Positions 29,165 through 39,022 of a stretch of DNA of 64,000 nt are shown here, in pieces. Position 1 is the stretch's first letter. Every line of letters starts with the position of its first letter. A program made the translations under genes and the position numbers. The notes beneath the pieces are model-generated. The model saw only the letters and a list, made by a program, of their open reading frames with translations. It was not told the DNA's origin and did no database searches. This DNA comes from a bacterium (GTDB taxonomy: Bacteria > Patescibacteriota > Patescibacteriia > HK-STAS-PATE-3): positions 68,065 to 132,064 of the forward strand of contig JAZDMR010000015.1 in NCBI GenBank assembly GCA_043800725.1, in the 5' to 3' direction.

Positions 29165-30019
29165 ATGGATAGCAGTACAGGCAGAAAAACTATCATCTCA
29201 GGACAGAAAATAGCCATCCTCGCTATTTGGCTGATATTTACCATAGCACTGCTTTGTTTGGTTAATAAGTACACAGGCCTGACCGGCCAAGTGGTTTTTC
29301 AGACAAACTTTCGCGACCAGTCTACTGTTATTAAATTTGATAATCCCAGCCAGATTTTGGAATATACCGGCAATGACAGTTTAAAGCATGTTAAGTTTTT
29401 TCAAGATAAAGTGAGATTCACTGTCCAGCCGCCTGTGGCTTATCAAGAGCTTGATATTTCTTTACGCTTCAAAAATGTTAATCAAGGTATTGTACTGCTG
29501 ACACCACAAACCAAGCTGGGGCTAGAAGAGGTGTCATTGCCTTTGGTGGTCGATTGGCTGGACCAACTGTCTTGGGAAGTTATTGACAATGGAACAATCA
29601 TGCTTTGGCAAAAACAGCCGCGATATAATTCTATTGAAGAGTTTTTCATCAACCCGCCTGAGCAAGGATTGGCTAAGGTCTGGTATCAGCCTCAAGTTCA
29701 AGCCATTTATCCGGAAAGCCAAAAAATGACAGTGCCAGAAATTGCTTTAGGACAGGAAATTAATAATCCTACGGATGAAATACTAAGCCAGTACGATTTT
29801 ATAATTAGCACTTATCGGCCGCCCATCAAAGACGACCAGTGGCTGGTTGCCAATCTGGCGCTTGATCTGACTTCTTTATTCTCAGATGACAACAAATTCT
29901 TTTTCTCATTGACAGCGCCTAATCGCAATTCAATGGATGATGCTGTTAATCTGGATTGGCTAAAAGCAAAATTTTGCAAAGACCCGTTCAGCCTTGGCAA
30001 AATATTTCCAAAACTTTAA
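29165..30019 (+). CDS. hypothetical membrane-anchored exported protein; paralog of 14869..16422
   Basis: N-terminal TM. The segment LDQLSWEVIDNGTIMLWQKQPRYNSIEEFF aligns with LSRLDWPSINNQLVLWQRLPQYQTMEEFI of 14869..16422. Confidence 0.45.
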   Translation: MDSSTGRKTIISGQKIAILAIWLIFTIALLCLVNKYTGLTGQVVFQTNFRDQSTVIKFDNPSQILEYTGNDSLKHVKFFQDKVRFTVQPPVAYQELDISLRFKNVNQGIVLLTPQTKLGLEEVSLPLVVDWLDQLSWEVIDNGTIMLWQKQPRYNSIEEFFINPPEQGLAKVWYQPQVQAIYPESQKMTVPEIALGQEINNPTDEILSQYDFIISTYRPPIKDDQWLVANLALDLTSLFSDDNKFFFSLTAPNRNSMDDAVNLDWLKAKFCKDPFSLGKIFPKL

Positions 30020-30026
30020 ATTTAAT

Positions 30027-30422
30027 ATGGATAAACAATTTTCCCAAACTACGAATTGGTCTGTGGCGCTAAAACATTTATTTCTCGCCTCGTTATTTTT
30101 CGCATTAGTAGTTTTTATTGTTGATCCGTTTATTGATAATTTCATACAAAATTTCGTTGACGATACTTGGCTGACGATTTGGGTGATTATTACCGGTATT
30201 TTATCAATCATTACTAGTAATCAAGACAATACTGAAAAGATCATAGCGTCCAACTGGCTAAGGCTGATCTATTTTTTAATTACCCTATTAGTAGGACTCT
30301 GGGTGGGCTGGTCTATCAGAGATTTAGGATGGCAAGCATGGCTGCTGGGTTTATTGACCGCTATGGTCAGCTGGGGTATTCTTTACGGTGCTATTGAAAA
30401 TAGTCAAAGCACTAATGATTGA
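30027..30422 (+). CDS. small membrane protein (hypothetical)
   Basis: 3-4 TM helices. Start moved to ATG 30027 to avoid overlap with the upstream gene; the track start is 29994. Confidence 0.35.
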   Translation: MDKQFSQTTNWSVALKHLFLASLFFALVVFIVDPFIDNFIQNFVDDTWLTIWVIITGILSIITSNQDNTEKIIASNWLRLIYFLITLLVGLWVGWSIRDLGWQAWLLGLLTAMVSWGILYGAIENSQSTND

Positions 30423-30897
30423 TGGTCTAAAAATTAAAAAACTAACGATTCGCCAGGATGTACCCGACCGAGAAGACGAGACGTCCAAATTAGGTTTCTT
30501 GATGGAAATTTTGAGAGATGATGAGGATCTACTAAATCATTTCGGACAAAGCACTTTTACCGTTGCTTACACAGGCACTATCAAAGCTTTTCACTATCAT
30601 GAAAAACAGGACGATCTTTGGTTCGTGGCCACAGGCAAGGCAGTCATCGTTCTACATGACCTACGCGAAGATTCTCCGACCAAAGGCGAAACCCAAGTAA
30701 TATATGCGGGCGCGGATGATTATAAGTTAATAGCCATTCCGATTGGCGTGGCGCATGGCTATAAAGTATTAAGTGAAGAGCCAGTGTTGTTGTTTTATCA
30801 CACTACCAAGTCTTACGATATAAAAAACCCGGATGAAAAAAGACTGGCTTATAATGATCCAAAGATAGGGTTTAACTGGGAAGAATATAGTGATTAA
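30415..30897 (+). CDS. rmlC: dTDP-4-dehydrorhamnose 3,5-epimerase
   Basis: Cupin fold, N-terminal MIDGLKIKKLTIRQD...RG-like start, FHYHEKQDDLWFVATGKA and GVAHGY motifs. Start set at ATG 30415 (ATGATTGA overlap with upstream stop). Confidence 0.7.
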   Translation: MIDGLKIKKLTIRQDVPDREDETSKLGFLMEILRDDEDLLNHFGQSTFTVAYTGTIKAFHYHEKQDDLWFVATGKAVIVLHDLREDSPTKGETQVIYAGADDYKLIAIPIGVAHGYKVLSEEPVLLFYHTTKSYDIKNPDEKRLAYNDPKIGFNWEEYSD

Positions 30898-31831
30898 GCC
30901 GAATAAAATAATTATTTCCGGCTCGATTGCTCATGATCGGATAATGTCGTTTCCCGGCTATTTTCGAGATCATATATTACCGGACAAGATTCATATGCTC
31001 AATGTCAGCTTTATGCTGAATTCGTATAAGGAAAGCTTTGGCGGAACTGCCGGAAATATTGCCTACAATTTACAAATGCTAGGATTTATACCGGTGGTTG
31101 TAGGTGCTGTCGGAAATGACTTTGATAAATATCAAAAGCACTTAAAAAAGAAAAAAATTGATTTATCAAGTTTAAAGTATATTAATAGCGAGCCTACCGC
31201 ATTAGGCTCGATTTTTACCGATCGGGCTGATAATCAGATTACTGGATTTTATGCTGGGGCAATGCTGCATGCTTCAGGGTTTAAGAAAATACCAGCGCAG
31301 TCAAAAATGGCTATTGTCTCGCCAGGAAACCTGTATGATATGAAAAAACTTCCAAAACTTTTCAGAAGTAAAAAGGTTCCGTTTATCTATGACCCGGGCC
31401 AGCAAATTGTCAGCTTGTCAGGAGGCTCTTTAATACAGGGCATGAAAGAATCGGTTGCTTTAGTCGGCAATGATTATGAGATTTCGTTGATACTCAGCAA
31501 AGCTCGAATAAAAAAGCACAATCTGTTTAAATACACCTCAGTGGTAATAACCACCTTGGGGGCCAAGGGGTCAGTAATAAATTTACCGGATGAACAAATT
31601 AAAATTCCGCCAGTCAAGGTGAAAAAAGTAGTTGATCCTACCGGCGCTGGCGATGCATACCGAGCAGGTTTAATTGCCGGACTAGTTTCAAACATGCCGC
31701 TGAGAAAAGCGGGCCGGCTTGCTTCCATGGTTGCCTCTTATGCGGTTGAGTATCAAGGCACCCAAGTACATAAATTTACCAATAAAGATATTACTAAGCG
31801 ATATAAAGCAAATTTTAAGGAGAATCTATGA
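30890..31831 (+). CDS. PfkB-family carbohydrate/nucleoside kinase (candidate adenosine kinase)
   Basis: C-terminal DPTGAGDAYRAGLIAGL is the ribokinase-family anion-hole motif. Lies immediately upstream of ahcY. Confidence 0.7.
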   Translation: MIKPNKIIISGSIAHDRIMSFPGYFRDHILPDKIHMLNVSFMLNSYKESFGGTAGNIAYNLQMLGFIPVVVGAVGNDFDKYQKHLKKKKIDLSSLKYINSEPTALGSIFTDRADNQITGFYAGAMLHASGFKKIPAQSKMAIVSPGNLYDMKKLPKLFRSKKVPFIYDPGQQIVSLSGGSLIQGMKESVALVGNDYEISLILSKARIKKHNLFKYTSVVITTLGAKGSVINLPDEQIKIPPVKVKKVVDPTGAGDAYRAGLIAGLVSNMPLRKAGRLASMVASYAVEYQGTQVHKFTNKDITKRYKANFKENL

Positions 31832-33084
31832 AATACGACGTCACCAATCTGCGATTAGCCAAGAAAGGCAAAGAGAGAATAGAATGGGCTGAAAAGTCCA
31901 TGGATGTTTTACGAAGCATTCGTAAGAGATTTGCCAAAGACAAACCCTTAAAAGGAGTACGAGTTTCCGCTTGCCTGCATATTACAGTTGAGACGGCAAA
32001 TCTGCTTAGAACTTTAAAAGACGGCGGCGCCAATGTAATTGCTTGCGCCTCAAATCCTTTATCAACCCAGGATGATACTGCCGCGGCTCTTGTTAAATAC
32101 GAAAAAATTCCAGTATTTGCCAGGACAGGGGAGAATCGCAAGGTTTATTACCGGCATCTAAACGCTGCCATTGACCATAAACCGCAGATTACCATTGACG
32201 ACGGAGCGGACTTGGTTTCCTTGCTTCATAATGATCGCTCAAAAGAAGCTAAAGGCATTTGGGGCAGTTTGGAAGAAACCACTACCGGCGTTATCCGTTT
32301 GAGAAGTTTGGAAAAATCAGGCAAACTACAGTTTCCGGTCGTAGCGGTTAACGATGCCAAGACCAAGCATTTTTTTGACAATCAATATGGTACAGGCCAA
32401 AGTACCCTAGACGGCGTTATCAGAGCCACAAACATGCTCTTGGCCGGTAAAACAGTTGTCGTAGTGGGCTATGGCTGGTGCGGCCGCGGCGTAGCCAATA
32501 AAGCCCGAGGCATGGGATCGCAAGTTATTGTTATAGAAGTAGAGCCTGTCCGCGCCCTGGAAGCTACCATGGATGGCTTCCGAGTAATGGGTTTGAAGCA
32601 AGCCGCTTCGTTGGGGGATTTGTTCCTGACGTTAACGGGTGATATTCATGTATTAAGACCGGAACATTTTCGCCGAATGAAAGATGGCGCTGTTGTAGCG
32701 AACTCCGGACACTTTGACGTAGAAATAGACATTCCGGGTTTGAAAAAGATCAGCAAAAAAGTTGAACAAGTTAAACCCCTAGTCAAAGCTTATCATTTGT
32801 CAGCCAAGAGAAAGATTTATATCTTAGCTGACGGCCGCTTGATTAATCTAGCCTCTGCTGAAGGCCATCCGCCTTCGGTTATGGATATGAGTTTTGCCAA
32901 CCAAGCTTTGGCCGTGGAATATATTATTAAAAAGAAAAATATTCTAAGAAAGCAAGTTTACTCTATACCGGAAGAAATCGACCAAATGATTGCCTTCATG
33001 AAATTGCAAACCATGGGCATTGAGATTGACCGATTAACGCCACTGCAGAAAAAGTATTTGGCCTCTTGGGAGTTTGGTACGTAG
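31828..33084 (+). CDS. ahcY: adenosylhomocysteinase (short archaeal/CPR type)
   Basis: VAVNDAKTKHFFDNQYGTGQS and the NAD-binding GKTVVVVGYGWCGRGVA motif. Confidence 0.85.
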   Translation: MKYDVTNLRLAKKGKERIEWAEKSMDVLRSIRKRFAKDKPLKGVRVSACLHITVETANLLRTLKDGGANVIACASNPLSTQDDTAAALVKYEKIPVFARTGENRKVYYRHLNAAIDHKPQITIDDGADLVSLLHNDRSKEAKGIWGSLEETTTGVIRLRSLEKSGKLQFPVVAVNDAKTKHFFDNQYGTGQSTLDGVIRATNMLLAGKTVVVVGYGWCGRGVANKARGMGSQVIVIEVEPVRALEATMDGFRVMGLKQAASLGDLFLTLTGDIHVLRPEHFRRMKDGAVVANSGHFDVEIDIPGLKKISKKVEQVKPLVKAYHLSAKRKIYILADGRLINLASAEGHPPSVMDMSFANQALAVEYIIKKKNILRKQVYSIPEEIDQMIAFMKLQTMGIEIDRLTPLQKKYLASWEFGT

Positions 33085-33107
33085 GCAATAAATAAAATGA
33101 GATTATT

Positions 33108-34154
33108 ATGAAAATGCTCGCGGCAGTTAAAGAGCGGCCCGAATCTGGACTTCACGTAACTGAAGTAGAAGTGCCCAAAATCGGACCCAATGAAGTACTC
33201 GTAAAAATTAAGGCCGCCTCGATTTGCGGTACTGATTTACATATTTATATGTGGAATAACTGGGCTCAGGGCAGAGTAACTAATATCCCCATTATTCAGG
33301 GTCATGAAATGTGTGGGGAGATCGCTGACATTGGTCCGGGCGTCACTAATGTAAAAGTGGGCGATTTTGTTTCTGCGGAAAGCCATATTGTGTGTAATCA
33401 ATGTGATCTATGTAAATCAAATAAAAAACACATTTGCAGGAATACTAAAATTATCGGTGTGGAGGTCGATGGCTGTTTTGCGGAATATATCGCCTTACCA
33501 GCTGAAAACGCTCGGAAGAACCAGGAAAAAATGCCTGTTGATACGGCGGTCTTGATGGAAAACTTCGGTAACGCAGTTCATGTGGCCAGCACACCTGAAG
33601 TCAAAGACAAGACTATTATGTTATCAGGTTGCGGACCAGTGGGCGTAATGACCATCGCAGTATGCAAAGCACTTGGTGCAAAAAAGGTGATCGCCGTAAA
33701 TCCAAGTCCCTATCGATTAGAGCTAGCCAAGAAAATGGGGGCTGATGAGACAGTTTCAGCAAAAGATGAGAGCTTCAAAGAAAAAATACTTGATCTGACA
33801 GATGGTAAAGGCGTTGATATATTCATGGAAATGTCTGGAGCACCTAGTTCGATTCAGTCAGGTTATGAACTTTTAAAATATGGTGGTACGGCTATTGCCT
33901 TTGGGTTGCCCAGCGATCCGATCTCGTTCGATTTCAGTAATTTGGTAGTTTTTAAGGGAATTACTATCTATGGAATTATCGGTCGAAAGCTTTGGGAGAC
34001 TTGGGATTTGGCCAGTGAGTTAATCTACACTAAGAAGGTTGACTTGAGTCCCATAATTACCCATCGCTACAATCTAAAAGAGATTTCTCAGGGTTTTCAG
34101 ACCATGCTTTCAGGTAAGAGCGGAAAAGTGGTACTATACCCAATTGACAAATAA
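33108..34154 (+). CDS. tdh: L-threonine 3-dehydrogenase (Zn-dependent)
   Basis: ICGTDLHIYMWNNWAQ, GHEMCGEI and the C-terminal LSPIITHRY...SGKSGKVVL closely parallel E. coli Tdh. Confidence 0.85.
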   Translation: MKMLAAVKERPESGLHVTEVEVPKIGPNEVLVKIKAASICGTDLHIYMWNNWAQGRVTNIPIIQGHEMCGEIADIGPGVTNVKVGDFVSAESHIVCNQCDLCKSNKKHICRNTKIIGVEVDGCFAEYIALPAENARKNQEKMPVDTAVLMENFGNAVHVASTPEVKDKTIMLSGCGPVGVMTIAVCKALGAKKVIAVNPSPYRLELAKKMGADETVSAKDESFKEKILDLTDGKGVDIFMEMSGAPSSIQSGYELLKYGGTAIAFGLPSDPISFDFSNLVVFKGITIYGIIGRKLWETWDLASELIYTKKVDLSPIITHRYNLKEISQGFQTMLSGKSGKVVLYPIDK

Positions 34155-34325
34155 AATTTTTTAATTTGTTAATTATATGTTTGATAAAATAACTTGGATA
34201 GACAATGAAATTAAAACCCTAAAAGAACAAGGGTTATTGTCAAACACTGAATAATCGAATCTCCTCAGTCGGCTTGGTTTAATATTGAGGGCCAGAAAAG
34301 GCTTAATTTTTGTTCGAACAATTAT

Positions 34326-35363
34326 TTGGGCCTCGCAAACAATGAGCGGCTAAAGAAGGCTGTAATTAAAGCTGTGGAGGAATACGGAGTTGGGCCTGGT
34401 GCTGTTAGGTCGATTTCTGGGACAACTAAGCTACACGTTGAATTGGAACAGCGACTGGCAAAATTCAAGAAAACCGAATCAACGATGACGGTTACCTCTG
34501 GTTTTGCGGCAAATACCGGAGTGATTCCCGCTTTGATGGGTAAAGAAGACGTGATTTTTTCAGATGAGCTTAATCACGCTTCAATAATCGATGGTTGCCG
34601 ATTAGCTAATTCCAGAATCGCAAAGTATCAGCATCGTTCGATCGAAGATCTGAAGCGCGCCATAGTCGAAGAAAAAAAGACTGGTTTTCGCAGAGCCATG
34701 ATCATTTCCGATGGTGTATTCAGCATGGATGGTGACTTGGCTCCTTTGCCAGAGTTAGTAGAAATAGCAAAAAATGAACAGTACCTATTAATGATCGATG
34801 ATGCCCACGGAGAAGGCGTCTTGGGTGACCACGGTCGGGGCATAGTAGATCATTTTAAGTTACCTGAAGAGTCTGTTGATGTGGAAGTGGGAACATTTTC
34901 CAAAGCTTTCGGTATCGAGGGCGGGCTTGCAGCCAGCAATGAGATAATTAATAAATGGCTGAGACAAAGATGCCGCTCGTTCTTATTCTCATCTGCAATG
35001 ACTATTCCAAATACGGCCGCCTGCATTGCTGCGATCGATATCATGGAAGAGTCGGATGATTTAATAAAGAAGCTGTGGGACAATGGAAAGTATTTTAAAG
35101 ACAAAATGAAACAGCTGGGTTTTAACACTGGCCAGAGCGAAACACCGATCACACCCATTACCATCGGTGAAGAAACCATGAACCAAGAATTTAGCCGACA
35201 GCTTTTCGACGAAGGTGTCTATGTTACCCCGATCGCTTTCCCACTAGTGCCTCGCGGTACAGCCAGACTAAGGGTAATGATTTCAGCGATCCATACTAAG
35301 GAAGATCTTGATTATGGCATTGAGGCTTTTTCTAGAGTCGGTCAGAAGCTTGGATTGATATAG
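34326..35363 (+). CDS. kbl: glycine C-acetyltransferase / 2-amino-3-ketobutyrate CoA ligase; N-terminus disrupted by a frameshift
   Basis: NHASIIDG, the PLP-lysine region SFSKAFG and the C-terminus match Kbl. The true N-terminus (MFDKITWIDNEIKTLKEQGLLSNTE, ATG 34177) lies in another frame and ends at a stop at 34252. The main frame opens at 34251 (IIESPQSAWFNIEGQKRLNFCSNNYLGLA). Confidence 0.8.
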   Translation: MGLANNERLKKAVIKAVEEYGVGPGAVRSISGTTKLHVELEQRLAKFKKTESTMTVTSGFAANTGVIPALMGKEDVIFSDELNHASIIDGCRLANSRIAKYQHRSIEDLKRAIVEEKKTGFRRAMIISDGVFSMDGDLAPLPELVEIAKNEQYLLMIDDAHGEGVLGDHGRGIVDHFKLPEESVDVEVGTFSKAFGIEGGLAASNEIINKWLRQRCRSFLFSSAMTIPNTAACIAAIDIMEESDDLIKKLWDNGKYFKDKMKQLGFNTGQSETPITPITIGEETMNQEFSRQLFDEGVYVTPIAFPLVPRGTARLRVMISAIHTKEDLDYGIEAFSRVGQKLGLI

Positions 35364-35407
35364 TCATTGAGAAGCTATTAGCTAACTAGAAATTTGGAAG
35401 GTATGTA

Positions 35408-35806
35408 ATGAACACCATAAATAAAATCGGCCTGATAATAATTCAGGACGATAAAATTCTACTTACCCGAAAAAAGGGGACAGATAAGTTTTTGATGCCT
35501 GGGGGTAAGATACGGCCCGAGGAGTCGCACAAGAAGTGTTTAGATCGGGAGATCATCGAAGAGCTTGGTGTAAATATTGACTCAGATTCAATTAAGTTTC
35601 TAGTAAGTATGGAGGATATGGCTGAGTATGAAACTGATACTCTTCTGAAAATGGAATTATATATTGGCAATATTCAGGGTATACCGAAGGCTCAGTCGGA
35701 AATTGAGGAGATAGTTTGGTTTAGTAAAAATGACAATTTTAAAAAATTATCCCGTATGCTGGAGCATAAAATAATGCCTCATATAATTTACAATAAATAT
35801 TTATGA
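35408..35806 (+). CDS. NUDIX hydrolase
   Basis: Nudix box region GGKIRPEESHKKCLDREIIEELGV. Confidence 0.6.
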   Translation: MNTINKIGLIIIQDDKILLTRKKGTDKFLMPGGKIRPEESHKKCLDREIIEELGVNIDSDSIKFLVSMEDMAEYETDTLLKMELYIGNIQGIPKAQSEIEEIVWFSKNDNFKKLSRMLEHKIMPHIIYNKYL

Positions 35807-35837
35807 CTTGTTGCAGATCTTATAAAATCAAGCAGTA

Positions 35838-36359
35838 ATGAAGAAAATAATACAAAAAAGAATACTTGCTTTTATTATTGATTATCTAGTAATCGCCCTG
35901 TATGCTGGGATACTTTTTTTATTAGTTTATTCGGCAATAAAATTATTTAACCTGAATACCAACGTATCTTCAGTTATTGGACAATTAATTGGTATGATCT
36001 CATTGACCCTGCCAGTAGTTTTATATTTCGTTATTATGGAAAATAAATCGAAGCAAGGAACAATTGGTAAAAATATTAAGAAAATTAAGGTTACTGATGT
36101 GAATAATCAGACTGCCTCATTAAAATATATAATCATCAGAAATATTATTAAATTTATGCCTTGGGAGATTGCCCACCTTGGAATTCATTGGACAATTTAT
36201 TTCTCAAATGAAGGAATTGAACAGCCTGTCTGGATTTGGTTAGTTTTAGTTATCCCTCAAGTCACAGTTGTTATATATTTACTTAGCATTGTTATTGATA
36301 AGAATAATAGGGGAATCTACGACAGGATATCCCACACCAAGGTTATCGAATTGCTATAA
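35838..36359 (+). CDS. RDD-family membrane protein
   Basis: N-terminal RILAFIIDYLVIALYAG and 3-4 TM helices. Confidence 0.5.
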   Translation: MKKIIQKRILAFIIDYLVIALYAGILFLLVYSAIKLFNLNTNVSSVIGQLIGMISLTLPVVLYFVIMENKSKQGTIGKNIKKIKVTDVNNQTASLKYIIIRNIIKFMPWEIAHLGIHWTIYFSNEGIEQPVWIWLVLVIPQVTVVIYLLSIVIDKNNRGIYDRISHTKVIELL

Positions 36360-36416
36360 ATCTTACTAAATAGCAAATCTTGCGAAGGATGTAAGCCAAT
36401 GTTAGAGTATTAAAGT

Positions 36417-37430
36417 ATGAAAATACTCGTTACCGGGGGAGCAGGATTTATGGGATCGGATTATATCCGATATGTTTTAGAAGCCCATACTGAGGTAAAA
36501 ATTTATAATTTCGACAAGTTGACTTATTGCGGTAATCTGGCGAATTTAAAGAAAATTGAGACAGATCCGCGCTACTTATTTGTCCGGGGGGATATTGCTG
36601 ACCATGAAGTTGTGGAAAAGGTTTTAAAGGAATTTAAACCAGATGCCATTGTTAATTTTGCGGCGGAAACTCACGTAGATAGGTCTATCCTTTGGTCCAA
36701 GGATTTTGTGGAAACTGACATTATCGGTACCCAAACATTATTAGAGGCAGTTAAGCAATATAAAATTACCAAATACTTACAAGTATCTACTGATGAGGTA
36801 TATGGCTCTATCGAAGAAGGCGAAGCCACGGAAGAAAGTGTATTTAATCCCTCAAGCCCTTATTCGGCATCCAAGGCCGGAGCTGATCTGCTAATTAAGG
36901 CGTATTGGAAAACATACAGAACACCGGCCATCATTACGCACAGCTGCAACAATTATGGCTGGTATCAGTATCCCGAAAAAGTAATTCCTTTGTTTATCAC
37001 CAATCTGATTGAAAACAAGCAAGTGCCTTTATACGGCGATGGAAAAAATGTCCGAGAGTGGATATTTGTGCGCGATCACAGTCGGGCGGTTGATTTTTTA
37101 TTAAATAACGGAAAGGCAGGGGAAAGCTATAATATAGGCACTGGACACAGGATATCTAATATTGGTTTGACAAACCAGCTGCTTAATTTATTAAATTTAG
37201 GGCAAGAAATGATTAAGCCGGTAAAAGATCGGGCCGGACATGATCTGCGCTACGCCGTGTCTTGTGAAAAATTGCTAAACATGGGCTGGGAGCCGGAATA
37301 TCAGTTTGACCAGGCTATTCGCGAAACTGTCCGCTGGTATCAGGATAATATTGGCTGGTGGCGATCGATCAAGTCAGGCGATTACCAAGAATATTATAAA
37401 GAGCAGTATATTAATCGGGAAAAATCATGA
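36417..37430 (+). CDS. rmlB: dTDP-glucose 4,6-dehydratase
   Basis: MKILVTGGAGFMGS..., catalytic YSASKA, a C-terminus typical of RfbB. Operon with rmlD and rmlA. Confidence 0.85.
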   Translation: MKILVTGGAGFMGSDYIRYVLEAHTEVKIYNFDKLTYCGNLANLKKIETDPRYLFVRGDIADHEVVEKVLKEFKPDAIVNFAAETHVDRSILWSKDFVETDIIGTQTLLEAVKQYKITKYLQVSTDEVYGSIEEGEATEESVFNPSSPYSASKAGADLLIKAYWKTYRTPAIITHSCNNYGWYQYPEKVIPLFITNLIENKQVPLYGDGKNVREWIFVRDHSRAVDFLLNNGKAGESYNIGTGHRISNIGLTNQLLNLLNLGQEMIKPVKDRAGHDLRYAVSCEKLLNMGWEPEYQFDQAIRETVRWYQDNIGWWRSIKSGDYQEYYKEQYINREKS

Positions 37431-38251
37431 AAATACTCATTTTAGGTTGCTGGGGCATGCTAGGGCATGAGCTCATGAAAATCTTTGAAAAAGAAGAGGT
37501 AAGGGGATGGGATTTTAAAGAGCTGGATATTACTGATCGAAAAGCAGTAGAAAAAGCCATTAACAAACTTGATCCAGAAGTGGTTATTAATGCGGCCGCA
37601 TATACTTCTGTGGATGATTGTGAAACTTCTATTGACAAGGCCCTGAAGATAAATGGCAATGCAGTCGGCTATTTAGCCAGTGCTTGCGCGCAAAACGGTT
37701 CTATTCTAGTGCATTTTTCCACCGATTATGTTTTTGACGGCAAAAAAAAGGCAGGTAACAGTGAAGAAGACATAATGGATCCGATTAACGTTTATGGTCA
37801 GTCAAAAGCCAAAGGCGAGCTTCTCATTCAGGAAGTAATGACTCGGTATTACATTGTCAGGACCTCTTGGTTGTATGGAAAAAACGGAAAAAATTTCGTG
37901 GATATGATGCTAAATATGGCCAAGGAAAAAAGAGTGGCCCGCGTAGTAAACGATCAAAATGGTTCGCCTACCTACGCTCTTGATTTAGCTGAAACAGTGG
38001 CTTTGATATTAAAAGAAGAAAAGCCCTTCGGGATTTATCATGTGACCAACAGCGGTTCTACCACTTGGTACGACTTTGCCCGGGAAATATTCAAGATTAT
38101 GAAACAAGACGTGCCTCTTCAGGCCGTAACCTCAAAGGAATTCCCTAGGGCAGCTAAGCGTCCGGAGTATTCTATATTATTAAATAGCAAATTAAAGCCG
38201 CTTCGTCCTTGGAAAGAAGCGCTTAGAGATTATTTAAATTTGAAAGGATAA
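37427..38251 (+). CDS. rmlD: dTDP-4-dehydrorhamnose reductase
   Basis: MKILILGCWGMLG, YGQSKAKGE (YxxxK), STDYVFDG. Confidence 0.8.
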   Translation: MKILILGCWGMLGHELMKIFEKEEVRGWDFKELDITDRKAVEKAINKLDPEVVINAAAYTSVDDCETSIDKALKINGNAVGYLASACAQNGSILVHFSTDYVFDGKKKAGNSEEDIMDPINVYGQSKAKGELLIQEVMTRYYIVRTSWLYGKNGKNFVDMMLNMAKEKRVARVVNDQNGSPTYALDLAETVALILKEEKPFGIYHVTNSGSTTWYDFAREIFKIMKQDVPLQAVTSKEFPRAAKRPEYSILLNSKLKPLRPWKEALRDYLNLKG

Positions 38252-38254
38252 TTT

Positions 38255-39004
38255 ATGAAAGGAGTGATATTAGCCGGCGGCATGGCCACTCGATTAAGGC
38301 CTTTAACCAAGGTTACCAATAAGCATTTATTGCCGGTTTTTAACAAGCCAATGCTTTATTATCCGATTGCCACATTAAGGCAGGCAGGATTGAAAGAGAT
38401 ATTAATAATTTCCGGCCGAGGGCATGCCGGACATTTGTTAGAGCTGCTTGGTTCAGGCAAAGAGCTGGGAGTTTCGTTTTCCTATGAAGTGCAAGAAGAA
38501 CCGGGAGGCATTGCCCAAGCCCTGGGTTTAGCTGAAAAATTTACCGAAGGAGAAAAGGTCGTTGTCATGCTGGGCGATAATATTTTGGTTGATAATATAA
38601 AAAATGCTGCTCAAGAATTTGAAAGACAGCCTCAGGGCGCAAAAATCTTTTTAAAAGAAACAAAGTATCCAAAATCTTTGGGTATCGCCCAAATTAATGG
38701 AGATAAAATTATTAATATTGAAGAAAAGCCCAAGCAGCCAAAATCAAATTTAGCCGTGATTGGATTATACATGTATGACAATACGGTGTTCGAGGTGATT
38801 AAAACCCTCAAACCTTCTGATAGGGGCGAACTAGAAGTTACTGATGTTAATAATTACTACGTTCAGCAAGGAAAAATGACCTATCAAGTACTTAATGGGT
38901 GGTGGGGCGATGGCGGAGAATCATTTGAGAGCTTGCTCGAGGCTGGGCAGCTAGTTGCTAATACCCTAAAAAAAACAGGAAAAGATCCTTGGAGCTTAAG
39001 CTAG
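38255..39004 (+). CDS. rmlA: glucose-1-phosphate thymidylyltransferase (short form)
   Basis: MKGVILAGGMATRLRPLT nucleotidyltransferase signature. Confidence 0.8.
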   Translation: MKGVILAGGMATRLRPLTKVTNKHLLPVFNKPMLYYPIATLRQAGLKEILIISGRGHAGHLLELLGSGKELGVSFSYEVQEEPGGIAQALGLAEKFTEGEKVVVMLGDNILVDNIKNAAQEFERQPQGAKIFLKETKYPKSLGIAQINGDKIINIEEKPKQPKSNLAVIGLYMYDNTVFEVIKTLKPSDRGELEVTDVNNYYVQQGKMTYQVLNGWWGDGGESFESLLEAGQLVANTLKKTGKDPWSLS

Positions 39005-39022
39005 TGATAAATAATCTGAAAA

